A stretch of DNA of 63,113 nt, counting the filler, from Stramenopiles sp. TOSAG23-3 (lineage: Eukaryota), in the NCBI GenBank assembly GCA_900128585.1. It is 42 parts of 42 records of this genome, joined end to end, with 100 filler letters (N's around TTAATTAATTAA, not from the genome) between each part and the next. Parts side by side here need not be neighbours in the genome. Positions count along the whole stretch, not along the records: positions 58,734 to 60,127 come from LT645919.1; positions 60,228 to 61,621 come from LT645920.1; positions 61,722 to 63,113 come from LT645921.1; 39 more parts are not named here. One strand, given 5' to 3'. The notes below the pieces were generated by a model. That model was not told where the DNA came from. It did no database searches and was given only the letters and a program-made list of their open reading frames with translations. A program made the position numbers and the translations under genes. Shown here one piece after another: positions 58,634-63,113 of this stretch (the stretch's first letter is position 1; the number at the start of each line of letters is the position of its first letter).

Positions 58634-58795
58634 NNNNNNNNNNNNNNNNNNNNNNNNNNNNNNNNNNNNNNNNNNNNTTAATTAATTAANNNNNNNNNNN
58701 NNNNNNNNNNNNNNNNNNNNNNNNNNNNNNNNNTACTTAAATTTTTAAGCCGTTAATAACCAAAGAGCCCGCATCCCTCCCTCGCGCTTTTATCC

Positions 58796-59848
58796 TCACC
58801 GATGGCCCTTGATCTTTGCGAAAGATTCGAGCAAGTCTTGGTACGTAAAATGTTGACTGCATGCCCCGTGCTGTTGCACACAAAGTGTGCCGGCAATGCA
58901 GCCAATCTTCAAACACCGCTCAATATCGACGGGACCATTGCCTTCCTGTAACAAAAATTCGTGCAAAAAGGCTGCGGTAAAACTGTCCCCCGCACCTGTA
59001 GGGTCAACGACCGTCTCCAGGGCGATCCCTTCAAAGCGCCAACGCTCTTCCCCCTTTCCAGCAACTGCTCCATCTTTCCCCAGCGTCACGACAACCAAAC
59101 AACGAGGGAAAGACTTGGTCAATAAGTTCAAGGCAACTATTGGGTCATTGCCGGCCTTTTCGCTGCACACGGCCTCGCAAATTCCGCACACTTCCGTTTC
59201 GTTCGGCAACACAATGTCGACGTATGGCAAAATATTCTGAATGCACTGGTTCCCGTCCCATCGTTTCGTCGCATCAAAGTTGGTATCCAGCGATATTTTT
59301 AGACCGTTTCCGTGCCTTTCTTTCAAGCCCCTCAGCATCGTTTCTAACCCTGGGGTTTGTAAATTTTTGCAGCAGTAGTACCCGCCAATGTGGAGGTGCT
59401 TCAACGCCCCACCTTGATGGGCTACCCCGTCTATGTTGCGCTGTATCAAGCTGGGGGTTAGGAATTTGTTCGACGAGTTGCACGATACAAATGCCCTATC
59501 CGCCCCCCCTGTAATGACGATGCAGACCGCTTGGTGCTCATTTTTGATAACGTTTACACAGCTCGTGTCGACAAAGCCCTCCTTCTCAAGGATACTCGCA
59601 AACATGTTCCCAAATGTATCGTCGGCTATGGCTATTGACAGGTACGGACGTTTGAGACCCATACTGCACTGCAACGCAGCAAATCTTCTGGCGGCGTTGC
59701 AGACACTCCCCCCAGCAAAAGTAGAAATGGAGGCGACGTCCCGGTCTTCCCCCCACGCCGGCAAACTTTGTACCTGGCTCGTTTGTACGTCTACGAAGGC
59801 ATCCCCCAGAAAGAAGACAACCCCTCGCTCTGCCGAAGAAAGTTGCAT
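58796..59848 (-). CDS. PfkB/ribokinase-family carbohydrate kinase
   Basis: GGSVCNAA, DDTFG, SLDTN, PNETE, VTLGKDGA, DPTGAGDSF; start placed at the first in-frame ATG. Confidence 0.92.
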   Translation of the reverse strand: MQLSSAERGVVFFLGDAFVDVQTSQVQSLPAWGEDRDVASISTFAGGSVCNAARRFAALQCSMGLKRPYLSIAIADDTFGNMFASILEKEGFVDTSCVNVIKNEHQAVCIVITGGADRAFVSCNSSNKFLTPSLIQRNIDGVAHQGGALKHLHIGGYYCCKNLQTPGLETMLRGLKERHGNGLKISLDTNFDATKRWDGNQCIQNILPYVDIVLPNETEVCGICEAVCSEKAGNDPIVALNLLTKSFPRCLVVVTLGKDGAVAGKGEERWRFEGIALETVVDPTGAGDSFTAAFLHEFLLQEGNGPVDIERCLKIGCIAGTLCVQQHGACSQHFTYQDLLESFAKIKGHR

Positions 59849-60421
59849 AACTAATTCTGACGAACTGTAACTGGGAATTTTATTCAAACGCGATCCTTTG
59901 TTAGCTCATATTTACAGATTCTCTTGCTTTTTTCTAATTAGTTTATTTAGATGTGTAATTGTGTATTTTGTTTTATTTTGTTTTAGGTTGGATTGATGAT
60001 ATCAATGTTTAGTTTTAGTTTTTTTTTTATTAAAATAAATATTAGTCTCGACGAGGAGTGATGAAGTCCGATTTTATTCAGGTGTGGGTCCTCCTATCAG
60101 GATTCTTTACCTTTGGCCAATCTAGGANNNNNNNNNNNNNNNNNNNNNNNNNNNNNNNNNNNNNNNNNNNNTTAATTAATTAANNNNNNNNNNNNNNNNN
60201 NNNNNNNNNNNNNNNNNNNNNNNNNNNTCTTCTTTTCTTCCTTCTTCTTCTTCTCATCTCACGCACCACCACTTCTTGGCATTTATTGAGATGATTAGGA
60301 CAGGTTATATACATACATATACATATATATACGCATAAAAAAGAAAGGATATGTTTGTCTATAAACATGAATTGGTTGCACATGAACGTATCATCATATT
60401 GATATATAAGGACATCCAACT

Positions 60422-61495
60422 ATGTTCCATAGAACATTGTTCAACCGGTTGCGTGCGACACCGAACTCGAAATGGTGTTCGCACGTTTCAACCTCCGAGT
60501 TGAGCACGATCGGCTCGCGCTCTCGGGGATCTGTTTCGAAGAAGAAGCCGCCAGACACAAAATTTGTACAGAAAAAAAGATCCGGGCGAACGCGATGCTT
60601 CAGCGTTCACAGCAATGGTTCGTTGTGTAAACTATCCATTGCGGGCATACAGCAGAAGAAGCTCGACGAGAAATACATATCGATGGTCACTGCCTACGAC
60701 TACACCTCGGCCCTCCTCGCGGACCGCGCCGGCTTTGACATTTTGCTGGTCGGAGACTCCCTTGGGATGGTCCAGCTCGGCTACGACGGGACGGAGAAGG
60801 TCACCATGGACGACATGCTGCACCACTGCAAGGCCGTGTCCCGGACCTCGAAGAACTCGTTCCTTATCGGCGACCTGCCGTTTGGAAGCTACTTGAACGT
60901 TGACGATGCGGTCCAGAACGCCTGCCGCCTCGTGAAGGAGGGTGGGATGGACGCCGTGAAGCTCGAAGGGGGCACCCGCGTCGAACGCAGCATTGCTGCT
61001 ATCGTCGATTCGGGCATCCCCGTCCAAGGGCACATTGGGCTGACCCCTCAGACGGCGACACAGCTCGGCGGGTTCAAGGTCCAGGGAAAGACTGCAGAAG
61101 CGGCTGTGGGGCTGTACGAGGATGCAATGGCGTTGCAAAAAGCCGGCTGCTTCTCCATCGTCCTGGAGTGCGTGCCAGAGCGCGTTGCGACGGAGATCAC
61201 CCAATCGCTGGACATTCCCACAATTGGGATTGGTGCTGGCCGTGGAACGAACGGCCAAGTCCAGGTATTCCACGACGTCATTGGCATGTACGACCGCCTT
61301 CAACCGAAGTTCGCAAAGCAGTACGTGAACACGTCCGACATAATCTGTGACGCGCTGTCCTCGTACCGAGAGGAAATTGAAACCGCCCGATTCCCAGACG
61401 AAAGCCACGTGTTCAAAATCAAGGACACCCAATTCGAAAGTTTCCGGTATGCCGCCGGGCTTACCGTGTTCGAGCATGATGGAAACATGTACTAG
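60422..61495 (+). CDS. panB: 3-methyl-2-oxobutanoate hydroxymethyltransferase with a probable mitochondrial presequence, complete
   Basis: MVTAYDY, LVGDSLGMV, GDLPFGSY, VKLEGG, GHIGLTPQ, IGIGAG, GQVQVFHD; Arg/Ser-rich N-terminus. Confidence 0.97.
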   Translation: MFHRTLFNRLRATPNSKWCSHVSTSELSTIGSRSRGSVSKKKPPDTKFVQKKRSGRTRCFSVHSNGSLCKLSIAGIQQKKLDEKYISMVTAYDYTSALLADRAGFDILLVGDSLGMVQLGYDGTEKVTMDDMLHHCKAVSRTSKNSFLIGDLPFGSYLNVDDAVQNACRLVKEGGMDAVKLEGGTRVERSIAAIVDSGIPVQGHIGLTPQTATQLGGFKVQGKTAEAAVGLYEDAMALQKAGCFSIVLECVPERVATEITQSLDIPTIGIGAGRGTNGQVQVFHDVIGMYDRLQPKFAKQYVNTSDIICDALSSYREEIETARFPDESHVFKIKDTQFESFRYAAGLTVFEHDGNMY

Positions 61496-61761
61496 TAATT
61501 AGAAAACGGTTTGGTACACATATTCTCATACACATCCACGCCTTGTTCCCTTTGGCATGAACAATTAGAAAGAGACGACGACTGCTACTAATAATAATAT
61601 TTAAAAAAAACAATTTATTATNNNNNNNNNNNNNNNNNNNNNNNNNNNNNNNNNNNNNNNNNNNNTTAATTAATTAANNNNNNNNNNNNNNNNNNNNNNN
61701 NNNNNNNNNNNNNNNNNNNNNTTCTTCTGTTTCCTTGTTCATCGTCATATTCATCATCATC

Positions 61762-63054
61762 ATGGGCGGGGAAATCATCGACCAAAGGAAATTCTACTCG
61801 TCGATCGGGCGGCAAGCGTCGTCGTTGAAGAAGTCGATGCCCTCGGTCGGGTTCCCCCAGGGGCCTGCAAGGGAAAACGACTCGATCAAGCCCGGGCGCG
61901 TGGGCCCCGGGTCGTACGCGATGCGGTCGTCCATGGGGCGCCAGGTCCTGTCCACGAACAAGCAGGTGATCGCGGCAAAGTTCATGAAAGGGAAACGGCC
62001 GGAACCAAAGGCGACGAACAACGACGTTGGGCCGTCGCAGTACGACCAGGAAAAAATGGACACCGCGATGAAGCTTAGAATATCGACCGTGCGGAGGGCC
62101 CCCACGATCAAGTTCGGCACGGAGAAGGCCCGCCCCGACTACGGCTTTGCGAGCGTGACGAAGAACGTGGGCAAGTTGAAGCTCGTCCCCTCGATAGGGA
62201 CGCAGGTCCTGAGCCACAGCAGGTCCGCCCCGCGGGTGATGATGGCCAGCCGGGTGAAACTCGTCGGCGACCGCGCCGAGCCGGGCCGCATCGGCCCGGG
62301 GCCGTGCTACAAGCTCCCCGGGTCCACCGGCCCGCAAGTAGAGTCCATGCGAGCGTCCCAGTCCGGCATCGCGTTCGGGAGCGCGCCGAGGGGGGAACTG
62401 TCCAAGGACGCGAAGGACGCCCCGGGGCCAGGGGCCTACACGAACCCGACGTCGATTGGCACGCAGGTGAGCTCGACCCGGCGGACCCAGCCCGCCCCGA
62501 CGATTGCCGGGCGGGAACTCTTCGGGTCGATGATACAGAACCCGTACGCGGCAAAGTACGAGCCCGGGCCCGGGCACTACGCGGTCCACAACGCCCAGTA
62601 CCGGATCAACGGGCACAAGAATGCGCCGAACATTACCATGGGGACGAGGTGGTGGCAAAGCAAGGCGCCGAACCGATCCGGCCCAGGCCCAGGGTCGTAC
62701 AAGCTGCCCCAGGCCGCGGGAAAGCAAATAGAGAGTAAAAAGCGCTCTTCGACTGGGGTGGCCTTTGGAAAGGCATCGCAGCGCCCGAACGTTCGAGAGA
62801 ACACCGACGGCATTGGCCCAGGGGAATACGTCTTGCCCTCCACGATCGGACGGCAAAAGCTGTCCACCGTACGGTCGGAGCCCGCGATTGGCTTTTGTAA
62901 AGACAAACAAAGGCCCGACTACAGCAAGGACGGGAACGCCTACGTGCCAGGACCCGGCCAATACAAATATTCCGTCCAGAAGTGTCCTGTTTACAAACGT
63001 GCCCCGATAGTTAGCTTGTCCAGTAGAACCAAATTCGGCAGCGTCTACGGGTAA
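61762..63054 (+). CDS. Sperm-tail PG-rich repeat protein (STPG/ODF3/SHIPPO-like), flagellar
   Basis: Repeated PGPGxY/GPGxY motifs separated by S..S.P...F segments. Confidence 0.88.
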   Translation: MGGEIIDQRKFYSSIGRQASSLKKSMPSVGFPQGPARENDSIKPGRVGPGSYAMRSSMGRQVLSTNKQVIAAKFMKGKRPEPKATNNDVGPSQYDQEKMDTAMKLRISTVRRAPTIKFGTEKARPDYGFASVTKNVGKLKLVPSIGTQVLSHSRSAPRVMMASRVKLVGDRAEPGRIGPGPCYKLPGSTGPQVESMRASQSGIAFGSAPRGELSKDAKDAPGPGAYTNPTSIGTQVSSTRRTQPAPTIAGRELFGSMIQNPYAAKYEPGPGHYAVHNAQYRINGHKNAPNITMGTRWWQSKAPNRSGPGPGSYKLPQAAGKQIESKKRSSTGVAFGKASQRPNVRENTDGIGPGEYVLPSTIGRQKLSTVRSEPAIGFCKDKQRPDYSKDGNAYVPGPGQYKYSVQKCPVYKRAPIVSLSSRTKFGSVYG

Positions 63055-63113
63055 TAATTCAAGAATCTTGTGTTTTAGGAGGAAAGAATAAAAACCTAAA
63101 TTATGGCTGTTAT

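Noticed and set aside
1421-61721. Regularly spaced TTAATTAATTAA as a CRISPR-like or biological repeat
   Set aside because: Always embedded in N44 pads between length-sorted contigs; it is an artificial all-frame-stop linker
60632-62961. Long antisense ORFs (for example 60632-61477 and 61666-62961) as overlapping genes
   Set aside because: Expected shadows of high-GC3 coding strands, with no recognisable motifs
1-63113. Alternative genetic code, tRNA/rRNA genes, CRISPR arrays
   Set aside because: Conserved genes read through in the standard code and end at TAA, TAG or TGA; no RNA gene or array was recognised by eye

Overview
This is not a contiguous locus. It is 42 separate contigs or scaffolds of about 1.39-1.42 kb, sorted by decreasing length and joined by an artificial 100-nt linker (N44-TTAATTAATTAA-N44), so gene order across linkers has no meaning. 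The source is an intron-poor microbial eukaryote with roughly balanced-GC coding DNA and very AT-rich, microsatellite-laden intergenic DNA. Flagellar-type genes (STPG/ODF3 repeats, Fused/STK36) and PAN/Apple and MABP architectures suggest a flagellate, plausibly a stramenopile; this is inference. Recognisable genes include PanB, SHMT, Aurora kinase, THUMPD1, the V-ATPase H tail, three USPs, a PfkB kinase, a BNR sialidase-like protein, an acyltransferase and a non-LTR reverse transcriptase. The most interesting signals are: (1) a dispersed AT-rich inverted-repeat family (12 copies of an ATAACAGC(CA) core on 7 contigs) lying just 3' of genes; (2) decayed coding fragments associated with that family; (3) a velvet/Rel-like plus IPT transcription factor candidate; (4) an animal-type transglutaminase; (5) a compact, virus-like USP contig. 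All protein calls come from motif recognition by eye; no searches were run.
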